Position numbers and translations under genes: made by a program
In this document: piece after piece, positions 1-11,730 of the stretch
How the letters are laid out: each line of letters opens with the position of its first letter
Position numbering within the stretch: the first letter of the stretch is position 1
NCBI RefSeq assembly: GCF_030684315.1
Contig: NC_081355.1
Coordinates: 15,614,761-15,678,760 of the forward strand
From: Stegostoma tigrinum
Lineage: Eukaryota
Length of the DNA stretch: 64,000 nt
Direction of reading: 5' to 3'
Notes under the pieces: model-generated
The model's database searches: none
What the model was told of the DNA's origin: nothing
Seen by the model: only the letters and a program-made list of their open reading frames with translations

Positions 1-877
1 GACGAACATTTCTGCATGTTGAAATATAGTGCATAAATGTGAGCTTTTCATTTTTAAAATATCTGCTATCCTCACAAACTTATCAAATTATGGAATGTTT
101 TCCAGTGAGTATTTATACCAATAACTTCCCTGAGTAGAGGCAGAAGAGACTTTTATGTTATCAGTTTGGCTGAATTCCAACACAGGTCCCAGAGGCAAAA
201 GAACAATTTTTAAACCAACTGCACCACCCAGTCTTTCGCAGAATTGTGCATCCAAAACACATAGAGGAGTCAGGAAGGATTAGACCTTTTGGATGTGAAA
301 TGTCTACTTCTGTGTTTAATCAAAAAGTTACTTGCAGCTCCCGAAACACAACATTGCTTTTCTTTTTCTGGTGTTATTGAGCTAAGGCCTCCAATCCTTA
401 CCAAGTATATTATTATTGAACAGAAATGACAGTTTATTCTTTTAAACCAGATTTAGTATCCATAAACAATTTGTCTGATTTCAAACAGGCAGAATATAAT
501 CAACCGTGACTGGCTGGAAGATTCCGTGGAAATTAATTAACTCAGTTCTGTTATAATGCCAGCTGATGGTGCTACTGGACAAGTCTAATTCCAGGCCGAA
601 TCTGGCCTGATCAACCATATACTTTTAAAAATGATTTTTAGTTCACCTGGTGGTCGTTCACTGGAACATAACCAAACGAGGCTGCAGAATTTCCTTAGCC
701 ACAGAGCTTTATCACACCAAAGACAAAGAAACAATCCAAGCTACCAAGATATTCAACAGGTAGCAAAACTTAAAAACACTCATGAAAACAATATTTCAAT
801 ATATTCCTCAACAGCGTCAGTTTACAGCCATTCAAATAGAGACAAATTACAGCTTTGAATCAAATTCAAATGAAATC

Positions 878-1372
878 AAAGGATTCAGAAGAGATTTACC
901 AGGATTTTGATTTACATCATCACTTGGACTCGATGGGAAGAATCACAGCTCACAATAATGGATCTTTCTGTTCAATTTGCATTGGTCAGCCAGACTAGTC
1001 GAGTATGGAAGGTTTAAGTTATAAAGGAAGGTTGGACAGGCTGGGACTGGGTTCATGATAGGTGTATTTTCACTATGAAGGGGGATTCCTAGACTAGGGG
1101 TTACATATTTAATGTAAGAATAGAGAGATTTAAGAAAGACTTGGGGCAAATTTGGAACAGAGAGGGTGCTTTGCGAGTGGAACGAACATCCTCAGGAAGT
1201 GGTTGATGTCAGCACCATTACAATGTTTAAAAGACATGTGGATAAGTAAATGAATAGGAAGGGTTTGGATGGATATGGGCCAGGAGCAGACAGGTGGGAC
1301 TAGATCAATTTGGGATTATGTTTGGCATAGACAAGTTGGACTGAAAGGTCTTTTGCTGTGCTGTATGACTCT
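878..1372 (+). mobile_element. CR1 LINE 3' fragment (interrupted)
   Basis: attcagaagagatttaccagg...ttataaaggaaggttggacaggctggga...ctgtgctgtatgactcta, a typical CR1 ORF2 end and 3' tail. Confidence 0.75.
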
Positions 1373-2399
1373 AAATTGTTAAGATGGACTTGACTGATTC
1401 ACCTCAGTTTCTGCCCTATAAACTTACATGAATCCTCAAAAACTGAAAGCTAAGACTTTCTCAGCTTCTAATACCAGTAGATTTCAAACCAATCTAACAT
1501 TCCTATTCTGGAAGTTGCACAGATCAAATATTTCTACTGAGTTATTACCTTAATTGTTCTAGAAAAAAAAACATAGATTAACCATACTTGATTCTGACCC
1601 CAGTCAGGTATTGTCCGAACTACTGTAAAACTTTCATGAGTGAATTTTACTAGAAACTACCCAGTGAAAATTTGGCAAGTTTTATGGACGGTTCTTTCTG
1701 TGAGCCCTAGCAAGATTTCTCATGTTGTCTCTGAAATTCACCACATAGGCAACTCACCATTCTTCCATAACACTCCGCTTGTCCTACCTTCTCTCTCACC
1801 GCAGGTGAAAGTAGTCACCATTGCCTGGAAACCCCGAAACTTATAGTAGCAATGTTATTTTTAATAAGTTCAGCTGAGCACCAGATCAAATGCTGTCAGT
1901 CAGGCGTGTACTTCAATCCGCACAGTGAAAATGGAACAAAAATCAGATGCTTCTTAGGGCATATAAGAGGCATGGTTGACATCTCATTCCAAATACAAGT
2001 GTACCTTTGTAAATCTATTCCTACTAGTCAAGGAACAATTACACACCTTAGCCTCCTGAGTGTCACCCGACCTTAGAACCGTGTCTTAAGGATTGCTATT
2101 CCATCCAATGTCTGCTGTAACCTAACATCATCCCATTGTTCAATGTGAGACAATCACATACAGGAAAGCCTTCAAATGGTTGTTCAATTTTATTCATCAA
2201 AATGCCAAACCATGAATGAGCAAACAAAAGCTGAATTGCCTCAGGGAAATAAAAAACAGGGACTGCTTACCTATTGGGCACCAACAATTTTACAGTCAAT
2301 GGTTGATGACTGTACCCAGCTCTAACCTAATGGAACCAGGTGTCAATTAAATCATTTCTGACAAGTTGATGTGGCATTGCAGTCCACTAACATGCAGAA

Positions 2400-3620
2400 G
2401 GTAATGTTTTTGCTCAATGTCCTCATCTTCCTGTTCTGAATACTGCTCCTGCTCTTTCAGTTTTTCAGCGTCGGGCCCATCTGCTTATTGCCCTGTCCCA
2501 GTTGCACAAAGCACACCATGCTAAGATTATGCAGCACACCCTTTCTGGAGTGTACAGAAAAGCCCTGCAGAACAATCCAAACATTGGGACATCATCTTCA
2601 ACAAATGTATCATCTGCTCCAAGTTGACCCTGATAGAAGAATGGGCTGCGTTGTATCTATGTTTGGCCTCAGTTACGGGACTATGTAATGAAATAATTAG
2701 CAATGGTTGCAGAAGGCAGTACTTGTCTCCCAGTAAGCATCTTTGTTATGCATTCAGCCCTTGGAATGAAGCAGGAAATAAGACTTCTCAAGAATACATG
2801 CATCATGATGCAGAATTCTAAGGTGTGGTATTGATGGTCACAGATGACCTGCACATTAATCGAACGTAAGTCTTTTCTCATAATGAAGCAAACCATGTTA
2901 TGATATGGCACTCTCAATGCAACATGTGTACAATCTATAGTGTTCTGCACCTGGAGGATGCCAGATATGTTGCCAAAGTCTACTGTCCGGGCTGTAGTAC
3001 TGACCTTATCATTGGTAAATGAGATAAAACAGTGTGATCAGTAAGAATCTTAATACATTTGTGGATCAAAGGTTGTTAGGTGCCCATACAGATTCTCAGT
3101 GGCTCCTCAGTGGCCAGTTACGAGCAAGTTTAGCATCCACACAAAAGAAGGCAATTGCTCAGCGGTGTTATTGCTGGACTGTTAATTCAGAGGCCCAGGT
3201 AATGTACTGGGAACCCGATTTCGAAACCTCCCACGGCAGATGGTGGAGTTCTTATTCAATAAAAAAAATCTGGATTTTAGAGTCTAACGATGATCATGAA
3301 TCCATTGTCAATCGTTGAACCTATCTGGTTCACTAATGCCCTTCAGGGAAGGAAACTGCCATCCTTACCTGGTCTAGCCTACATATAACTCCAGACTCAC
3401 TGTAATGTGGTTGGCTCTTCACTGCTGTCTGGACAATAACTGCAAGCCCAGCCAGAAATGCCTTAATTCTGTGAATATATTAAGAAAAAAGTGCTGCAGC
3501 TTCAATTCCCACATTTGTCATAGTTCTGTGACAGTATCCTGAGATATCCTCAATCTGCAGCAAAACTGCACCTTGTTCCTCTGAGGGAAATGGCATGTAG
3601 CACAAAAGGCTCTACAATGT
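2400..3620 (-). pseudogene. Decayed PIF/Harbinger (HARBI1-like, DDE_Tnp_4) transposase, interrupted by a SINE
   Basis: Minus-strand frames give CCRLRISQDTVTEL, QVQNTIDCTHVAL..RKDLRSINVQVICDH, HDA, and LLGDKYCLLQPLLIISLHSPVTEAKHRYNAAHSSIRVNLEQMIHLLKMMSQCLD. These are the Harbinger D-D-E motifs, with frameshifts and stops. Confidence 0.85.
3148..3482 (+). mobile_element. tRNA-derived SINE (family unassigned) inserted in the Harbinger remnant
   Basis: A/B-box-like head and body ctggttcactaatgcccttcagggaaggaaactgccatccttacctggtctagcc. The same family recurs at about 30120-30380 and, internally deleted, at 42368-42475. Confidence 0.75.
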
Positions 3621-4009
3621 ATAGGAAGGTTAGAGACAATTGTTGGAGGATCAGACATTTTCCTGCTGACATTGTGGATCTCATCACTGCCTATCTCACC
3701 TGCTTTACTCAAAATTCTTGTCAATGCCCTGACTTTCAGGAACTGGGAAGATTCTGCCTTTAATGTCTGGGTTTTCTGAAACAAAAATCAATCCTTGATT
3801 ATCCTAAACTGAAAACAAGCTTCAATGCCTTCAGTGATTACTCTACCTGCCGTAAACCACCCCAGTACAAACAATTTTCCATCAACTCTTCACGGCATTC
3901 CTGCTCTCTGACACACACTGGATTAGATCACTGTTCAAAAAACACTGCCTCAACTAACTTTCTTCAAAAAAAACTTCATAAAAGGAGGTCACTATCTTAA
4001 AATCCAACA

Positions 4010-4800
4010 CCTAAAAGTGATATTCATAAGCTTGTACATATTTCACACATACCTCTTTTGTTTCACCTACCAACTTTGTTTGCATTAAAGCCCACATGGT
4101 CATTGGCCACTTTGTTTGTTTAACCACTTTCTCAAATGAGATGAGAAAGGCTTCTACATTCTTCTCGTCAAATTCAAGCAATGCTTGGATATATTTAAAC
4201 ATATTTCCCACCAGGCCTTTGGCTACAATGGGTTTGCTCCACGTCACTACCTTCCTCACTAAGCCTACCTGCTACCTTCACCTCCATCTTTCTATGTCAA
4301 GTTTCCTGTCTAACTGCCAACTTCTAAAGTTCAAACTCTCTCTCTTTCTTCTACTAGAGCCTTTCTCTCCTTTTCTATTTGTTCTGCCAGAGTGATTCTT
4401 TCCTTTTCTCTTTCTTCTGTTTTCAACCATAATTCAAATTATTTCAGTTCAAGCTGCTTCATCTGCAATTGAATTCTAGCCATTTCCAAAGATTCCAATG
4501 ACATTTCCTGCAAACTTAAATATCAAGCTGTTGCTGTAATGATCTCTCCTTTTCTTGTAAAGACAACCCCAAATACAGCTTGTCTGCCAATTCCAACAAC
4601 TTTGCCTTGCTCACCTGTTGTGAATCTCCCAAAGTAACTTCTTCTACCTCCGGAGAACTCCTAGTGACTGAAAGAGGCATTACCACACAAAGCACTGTTT
4701 GAACCAACCAAATTCACCACCTGAAACAAAAGACACAAACCCCTACCACTTCCCACCTTTGAGTCTAACAACCCTAAAGCCAAACTGGAATTATAGAATT
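4010..4800 (-). pseudogene. Ty3/Gypsy gag remnant
   Basis: Minus-strand peptides VSKAKLLELADKL and FDEKNVEAFLISFEKVVKQTKWPMTMWALMQTKLVG resemble fish Gypsy gag; lies directly downstream of the PBS. Confidence 0.75.
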
Positions 4801-4822
4801 ATCCTGACAAGAGGCCCCAACC

Positions 4823-5403
4823 TGTTATGGACCAGGCCAGACCCCCTCAAAATATTTTAGAAGGTAGCCTAGATCCTAACTTTTCCTTATTTTAAAGGTG
4901 GATGTAAAGTGGGTGTTCCAGCTGTGATGTAACTGGTCAAACCACTTGGCTTAAAGCAAAACACAATTTATTAAAACACTACAGTTAAAACATGAACAAA
5001 AGAAAGTAGAATTTAGAATAACTTAAATATAGGAAAACTTAACCAAATACTCAATACAGTAACTTAACAAATAGCTGTTCCAATATAGTAACATTGCATA
5101 AACACACTCCTTGGCAAAAAGGTAAATTCAAACACAGATCGCACTGGCAGGAGGGAACAACAGCCAGAGAGATTCCAGAGAAAGTCTGCTTAGAATAATT
5201 TACTGAAGCTTGCAACCCTCTGCTAATCAAAACATTTTGTGACTGCCACAGCGAAAAAAGTTCAGAAAAAAACGTGAACTGGGTAATCGGCCATAACCCT
5301 TCTAACTGTTACTTCCTGGTCTCTTCTGTACTTCTACCTTTACAACCTCTCTTCAAAAAAACTAAGAGCAAAATAACCTTTTTAAACTGATAGCATTGTC
5401 ACA
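4823..5403 (-). mobile_element. Gypsy 5' LTR (TGTGAC...ATAACA in element sense) with adjacent degenerate tRNA-Pro PBS at 4801-4819
   Basis: TG...CA termini. Reverse complement reads ccataaca-ggt-tggggcctcttgtcaggat, against the tRNA-Pro PBS TGGGGGCTCGTCCGGGAT. Confidence 0.75.
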
Positions 5404-5829
5404 TACCGCAGAAGTCTTTTACATGCCTTTGTTACCTCTACAGTACACAATGTTCATTCTCTTCCATTTAAACTTAAATCCTAAGCCAGCAGCCAATGTC
5501 CCAAACTGCAACAGGCCTTGCTCCTTCATTATCCCGGATGGAGCTGATTTACACTGGGTTGAGCAACACCTTGAATTTAAAATAGCCATCATTGTTTCCA
5601 AAGTCTACCCATTTCCTTGCTTCCTCATATCTTTGTTACTTCCATCAGCAATACAACGTGATAAAATACCTGTTCAATTTACATATTCACAAATTTACCA
5701 GCACTACTATTGGCAGCCCCTTCAGCTGCTCAGGTCATAGTAAAACTCTGGGAATCTGTCCATAAATTTCTCTGTCTCTCTTTCCTTCTTTTAAGAAACT
5801 GTTTATAATTTGAATATTTTTAGGCCTTT

Positions 5830-6225
5830 TATGTAAGGAAAGATATATTAGCATTGGAGGCAGTCCAAAGAAGGTTCCCCAGGTTGATCTGGTGTAGGGA
5901 GACATTTTCATATGAAGTGAGCTGGAGTAGCTTGGGCTTGTACTCATTGCAGTTTAGAAGAATTAGAAAGGACTTGCGAGGGTAGATGCACACAAGTTGT
6001 TTCCCCTTGTAGGAATGTCAAGGAACTGAGTGCATAATCTTAGTGTTCAGCGTTGCCCATTTACGACAGAAATTAGATAGATTTTATTCTCCCAGAGGGT
6101 GGTAAATCTATGGAATTTCTTGATGCAAGGCAACCAAGGATTTTGGAAATAAGGTAGGAAAATGAATTGAAAGGAGGACTTGAAGGGTTGACTGGGCTAC
6201 TTCAGCTTCTATGTCTTGTTGTCTT
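5830..6225 (+). mobile_element. CR1 LINE 3' fragment
   Basis: gcattggaggcagtccaaagaaggttc...gggcttgtactcattgcagtttagaagaattaga...ttctatgtcttgttgtctt. Confidence 0.75.
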
Positions 6226-7387
6226 ATATTGGCTTGGCCACTGGTGAGAATGCTGTCACTCTTCTTTGAAAAAAATAGTGGGATGCTTTACGTTTAACTG
6301 AGGGAAAATGAAATCTTTAGGTGAAAACCTGATTGAAAGGCCCTCGTAGAACAGCCAGTTGTCTCCTACATTTAGCATCAACCTCCAGATAACTATTGAA
6401 AGCAATCTGGATAATTTGAAATATTATTTTAAGCAAATAAATATGCTGTAAACAGGTACTGAGATGGGTGGCACACACAGATCATGAATCATATTGGGTA
6501 AAAGTTTTCTATGGTGTGTATTTGTAGGAGAAAACATATGTACACTCTAGGTTGATGGCTTACTCGACAAGGGGTGCTCAGCAGCCACCCTTGCTCGTAC
6601 ATTGAGTGCAGGGAACACAGCACTTCTGCAGGAAGCAATTGGCAGGTCTTGGGATCATGTATCTAAATGAGCATACAGGCAGCTCTTACTGCCTGGTCTT
6701 GGGTCCCATTTGTTTTTACACCATAATCTGCAAAAATGAAAACCATGAAGAGAGAGCAGGCTACGGTTACCCCAGTAGAAGCAAAGTAGCTTCTCCTCGG
6801 TACCCAGGGTGTGTATCCAGGGATATCATCTTTCATGGATGCCTATAAGTTTGTATTTGGCACAAGGCAAGGCAATGATTGAATTCGGGTAAGCATTTAG
6901 CTTTATCCGCCCCAGAAAAAAATATCATGATTGAGTGATGCTTGAACATGCCGACATTTCTGTGGCATTACTCTACAATTAGCGAGGGTGGGGTGCATTG
7001 AAGGGTAGGGACAGACCTTTCAATAGTGGACAAGAATAAGCTGCAGATGCTGGAAATCAGACACACACACAAAAACAGAAATTGCTGAGGGGTACGATGC
7101 ACAGCCGGTCTATGGAGAGAAAGTAAGAGTTGATCAGGTCCAGTGATGGTTATTTTTGCTTCCATCGCATGATTTTCCTCCTAGTGTCTGACACAGAAAG
7201 CTCTGACAGATTCACTCCCCTGCAGCACTGCACCAGCATTTAGTGCCTGAGTTCCAAAACGAAGACTTGCACCAACAGCCTCAAGCACGGCAAAGCAAGG
7301 AGACTAACGACTACACCACACTCGCCAGCCAGCACGAACGCCCTGGCAACAAGATGCGGACCTCATCCACGCCGCAACGGAGGAGGT

Positions 7388-7399
7388 GGTCACGTGACC
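7388..7399. promoter_or_regulatory. Perfect 12-bp palindrome containing CLEAR/USF-type E-box GTCACGTGAC
   Basis: GGTCACGTGACC read directly; GTCACGTGAC is the TFEB/MiT-TFE/USF consensus. Confidence 0.65.
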
Positions 7400-7444
7400 T
7401 ACCCGTTACACCCATTTCCCCTTCCCCCGGCGGTGGTTTACAGC

Positions 7445-7489
7445 TTGACCCGGATGTTGTTTTGCGTGGCCGGTGATGGAGCAGTGCGG
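7445..7489 (+). other. EXOC2: Putative non-coding exon 1 of EXOC2 (start approximate)
   Basis: Donor-like CGG|GTGAGA at 7490 just downstream of the E-box/ETS motifs in the CpG island. The TSS cannot be determined from sequence. Confidence 0.55.
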
Positions 7490-7512
7490 GTGAGATCGGT
7501 GGGGCGAACGAT

Positions 7513-7553
7513 TGACTGACTGACTGACTGAGTGAGTGAGTGAACGAACGAAC
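7513..7553 (+). repeat. Compound tetranucleotide microsatellite (TGAC)4(TGAG)3 T(GAAC)3
   Basis: Read directly from the sequence. Confidence 0.9.
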
Positions 7554-8299
7554 GGGAAAAGCGCTCGGTCTCCATTGCACCCTGGTTGCCGGCAGTTACC
7601 GGTCTGGTCCGGTGTAATCCAAGCCCCGGTGGGGCTCGCCCTGACTGGGTGGGCTCCTCCGGGACTGAGGTGGAGGCTGGGCCGCCTCTGGGTTAAGGTC
7701 GTCCCTGACCTTTGGTGTTGCACCGCTGCAGCCCCAGGTCCTCACCGCAAGAAGCTCAAGTCCGATTAAAACAGGCCGTTTTTGTTTTGCCCAGGTGGTT
7801 TGACAGGTTCGTTTCATCTTGTTAAAGTTCACCTTGTTTGATGCTCTGATCGCCGCAGTTGATTGATTTCACTGTCCGACTATTTATTTGATTAAGCCAG
7901 GCCACCGCGAACAGTAAAATTGCCATAGTCCTACCAAACCATAGAAAAGACGACCGCTGGTGGTTTAACTTGAGGGTTACCACACTTTAGACAAAGGGCG
8001 AGCTGGAAAAGGTGGGGTCTTCATGGTCACCTCAACTGGTGCGGGAACAGTTGTGATGAGTAGAGAAATAGTCTCGAAACGCGTGGTGATCCAGCTTATT
8101 CTTTTCAATCTGAGCGTGCGCTGGGCAAGATCAACATTAGCATGGTCAGCATTATTTGAAGTTAGAGTCCATTCATCATAAAAGTGAATGGAGTCATCTT
8201 AGGCTTCACGGGTTAGGCATGGCATAGCATTGTGGAACAAGTGTTCATATTCAAGATCCTCTTGGTTGTTAGGTGATTAATGCTGTCATGAAAATGTAC

Positions 8300-9066
8300 C
8301 GTGTTTTATCTGAGGACGCGATATTTGCCATGAGCAGTCGATTTTTAATCTTTAGACTAATGGTAGCGAAATGAAATGTTTGTTAGTTGACTAATTTGGT
8401 GGTTTTCAGCTTGCCAGTCAGTTGGAAGCTATAAATCTAAAAAACACAATTTGTACCTGCTACAAAAGGAAATTTAAAAGATTTTTTTAAGCTGAACACA
8501 AAAAATGTCTGTCCAGATATTGAGATCTCCAGGTAGTTTTCAACCTCGAGAAATAATTGGCTTGTTTGGGAAAAGATGTGGTTAGTAAGTTGATACATAC
8601 GCATGATGTGTGCCAACAGCCAGATTTTTTTCTTGTAATTTGATGAATCTATGATATACTGTGGAAAGACTTTTTTAAAATTCACTCTGACTTGCTGTTG
8701 TAGCCGTAATATTTATATTGCTGGCCCAGTTCAGCTCTGGTCAATGGTAACTCCCCAAGATGGCAGTGCAGAATTCAGTGATGATAATGCCATTGAATGT
8801 TGAAGCGTGATGGTTAGATTCTCTGTTGATGATGCGCATTGTCTAGGCATATTTCTGGTGCAAATGTTACTTGCCACTTCTCAGCCCAACTGTGGAATAT
8901 GTCCATGTCCTGTTGCATTCAGAGGCTGAGGAGTTGCGAATGATAGCGTGTTTTATCTGAGGACATGATATTTACCTTCAGCAGTCAATTTTTAATCTTT
9001 ATACTAATGATAGCTAAATGAAATGTTTGTTAGTTGACTAATTTGGTGGTTTTCAACTCGCCAGTC
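8300..9066 (+). repeat. 120-bp direct repeat pair (8300-8419 and 8947-9066)
   Basis: Manual ungapped alignment gives about 11 mismatches in 120 bp; offset 647 bp. Confidence 0.9.
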
Positions 9067-9671
9067 TTATGGTCGAGGGAAGCAGCAAAGTTGAATGGGC
9101 TTTGGATATTCCCCCTAAAGAACTTTTGTGTGAAATGATTTTAGTGTCTCTTTCCCTACAATTTTTAAACTGGTTAACTGTTGAAGTATAGGCTTATCGT
9201 TGTCCAACTTAGAAAGGCTGCACATATCTATCTAGTCATAATCAGAAAATTATCTGCGATGGCTACTTTCTCATTCTGACATTGCTAGCCTGAGGTAACA
9301 ATGACCTATGCTAGGTCTGCTCTTATTCTCTTGCTGCCCCTCTGTGACATTCTGTGAAAGTACAGTGTTAGATTCCTGCATATACATTGGCAAAACACAG
9401 CTTCACTTCCTCTTTTACCATCTGCTGTCTTGAAATTTTCTGATGATATGATATCCAGTACTTTCAGTAGAACTTTTTATTTTCAAACTGAATGTTGAAA
9501 AGACTTTAATTATTGTCTTCCACTCAGCCTGAAATAACTGCAGAGAAGTCGCGTGCCATCACCAAATCCCCTTTTATTTGCTCTTGCATAGTCCACTGGC
9601 TGCGGCCAGTTAGTTCGGAGTCAGTCCTCAATTGGGAAGATTCCAAGCCCCTGGTTATTTTCTTTTCTGGC

Positions 9672-10290
9672 TTTTTTTTTGTAAATTCAAAAACCAGAAA
9701 GATACAGTGTCATAAACACATTACATAGCATCAGTCACTATACATAAAAATAAGTTGCCAAAGAGCAGAGACATTTAGGATAGAACGTCCTAAACAATGA
9801 CATCTGAATTTAAACAGTAAATCCAAAGTCCACATTAAGTTAGTGACTTAAACACACCATGTGGCAAAGTCACTAGGCAACAAGAAATTTTGTCGAAGAG
9901 CAGAGACGTTGACGTAGAACGTCGTATAGAAACACATCTTATTTGCAACAGTAGTACAAAATATTACAAGTAGACATACATTCAAGTCCACATAAGGTTA
10001 CGGAGTATCAAACACGATACGTGGCAAAGTTCCTATGCATCAAGGCAAGCTGCTAAAGAGCAAAGACATGGAATTAGAATATCGTATAGAAACATCTCAT
10101 TTCAAACAATAGTACAGAATGTTATAGATAAGCGCGCATTCTAGGGCTATCGGTTGGCCTGCACATGGACCAGCAAGATACAAAGGCATGATGCATACAC
10201 AAAAGCATATTCTAAACAGGAAGGCAAAGTCCAGCACATGAAAGCTCAATCTTGGACCCATACACTGAAACTTGTGTCACAAAGTCTGGG
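9672..10290 (-). mobile_element. Probable poly(A) retroelement 3' end with about 3 diverged internal repeat units
   Basis: T-run at 9672. Motif aagagcagagac...tagaacgtc...acatct...aagtccacat...gtggcaaagt recurs at about 9761, 9895 and 10055. Family not identified. Confidence 0.45.
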
Positions 10291-10292
10291 TC

Positions 10293-10492
10293 CTGTTACC
10301 ACGTTACCCTTTCATTTTACCTGTACAACAGTACCACTGGCTGTAGTGAGCCAGCTCTGAGTCAATCCTCAATTGAGGAGATTATAATCTCCTGATTATA
10401 TCGGTCAGCTAAATCTTTTCTGATTGGCCCAGGTTAATAACCCCAATGAAGAACCTTGTTAATGATGTCAACCTATTTCCCAATCACTACAC
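10293..10492. mobile_element. Short solo-LTR-like repeat; partial second copy at about 9550-9660
   Basis: TGT...ACA termini; shared core ccactggctg..gccag...gagtca.tcctcaattg.g.agatt. Confidence 0.45.
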
Positions 10493-11730
10493 AGCCCCAA
10501 CTGCTGTCCTCCAGCTTCGGGTTCCATTCCACTCCCTGGCTATTCTCAAGTGGAGTCATACTATTTGTAACTGTACTCACATTGGACTTCAACATGAGCT
10601 TCTAATAACTAAGGCTGTCTGCTTTCCCCTCCATAATATTGTATGACTTTGTGCCGACCTCAGCTCACCAGCTGCTGAAACTCTTAATTTGTATTTTTGT
10701 AATCTCTAATCTTGACTATCCCATTGCATACTTGGCTGACCGCTTAACCGACATTCTTTGTAAACCAGAGTTCATCCAAAACACTGCCCACGTCTGAATG
10801 CTCATCAGAGCCTGTTCTTGCAGACCTAAATTGTTCTCAGGTGGCTGAGCGTTTTGGAACTGTAAACAAGTTACAAAAACAGAGAGGGGAAAAGAAGTGT
10901 GCAGAACTTCTCCCAGCCTATAAACTGAATTTCTGATTGCAGAAAACAGGCAGTTTAAATCTGAAGAAAATGAGGTACCACTCCTGCAGCAGTTGTTGTA
11001 AGCTGAAAGTTTTGAATTGATAAATCAGAGACACTGAGTGAATCAGTGACTGTGTACCTTTGTACAAACAAACCAGTAGTAGCTTCCAAAGGAAGACAAG
11101 TGATCAGGAAGGGGTTGGCCAGCCAAAGAAGGATCATCTCAATCTTAGAACTGGGCAGCACGGACCGCTACACTGACTTCAGTTTTTCTGTTCCTACCAA
11201 TAATTCCTGTTTGCTTGCCAGAGGAAGGGTCGAATGTGTGTGAATGCATAAGGGAATTAGAGTCTTACGTATTGTTATATGTAAATGGTTTATCTCTGTT
11301 TACTTGCACTTACAGTTTTTACAATTCTCATTCAGTACAGAGATTTAGTCTGTGCTTTCTAGCAACCTTGGTCTAAATGTCAGGCAAATTGGAGTACTGT
11401 GTGTACTGTAAATCACATTTAATATTAGGTATGACTCTGGAAATAGTAGGGCGTGATTTTAAGGTGCATACCTCAGTGGGTCTTAACACAACTTATTTAA
11501 TCTGCTCTCACAATGGAAGATCAGAATACAAAAAATATTGATATGTGGTTTTGTTTCCGATGTGCAATAAATCTTTTGATAACCGTCCAGTTGATTGTTG
11601 TCAAAAAGGGTTTCTGGTAGATAGATTTAGAGAGTGGTAGAATTGCTGCACACACAGAGAAGCTTGGGATGGCATTTGAGGGTGCACATTTGTTTTTTTG
11701 AAAATAGAGTTGCAGGTTGACAGGGTGGGA

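Larger units (their letters stand above)
7270..7910 (+). promoter_or_regulatory. CpG island, likely EXOC2 promoter
   Basis: The main GC- and CpG-rich non-repeat stretch in an AT-rich window. Contains palindromic E-box GGTCACGTGACC (7388-7399) and ETS-like CCGGATGT (about 7450-7457). Confidence 0.75.

Noticed and set aside
3148-3240. tRNA gene
   Set aside because: Degenerate A/B boxes run into a SINE body; no cloverleaf.
7243-7832. Cluster of 77-105 aa ORFs in the CpG island
   Set aside because: Expected in stop-poor GC-rich DNA; no recognisable protein.
9750-10140. CRISPR-like repeat-spacer array
   Set aside because: Eukaryotic context; units are long and diverged along their whole length, with no cas genes.
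10810-11490. Possible solo LTR (also about 13085-13500)
   Set aside because: LTR-like composition, but I could not fix termini or a TSD, so it is not listed as a feature.
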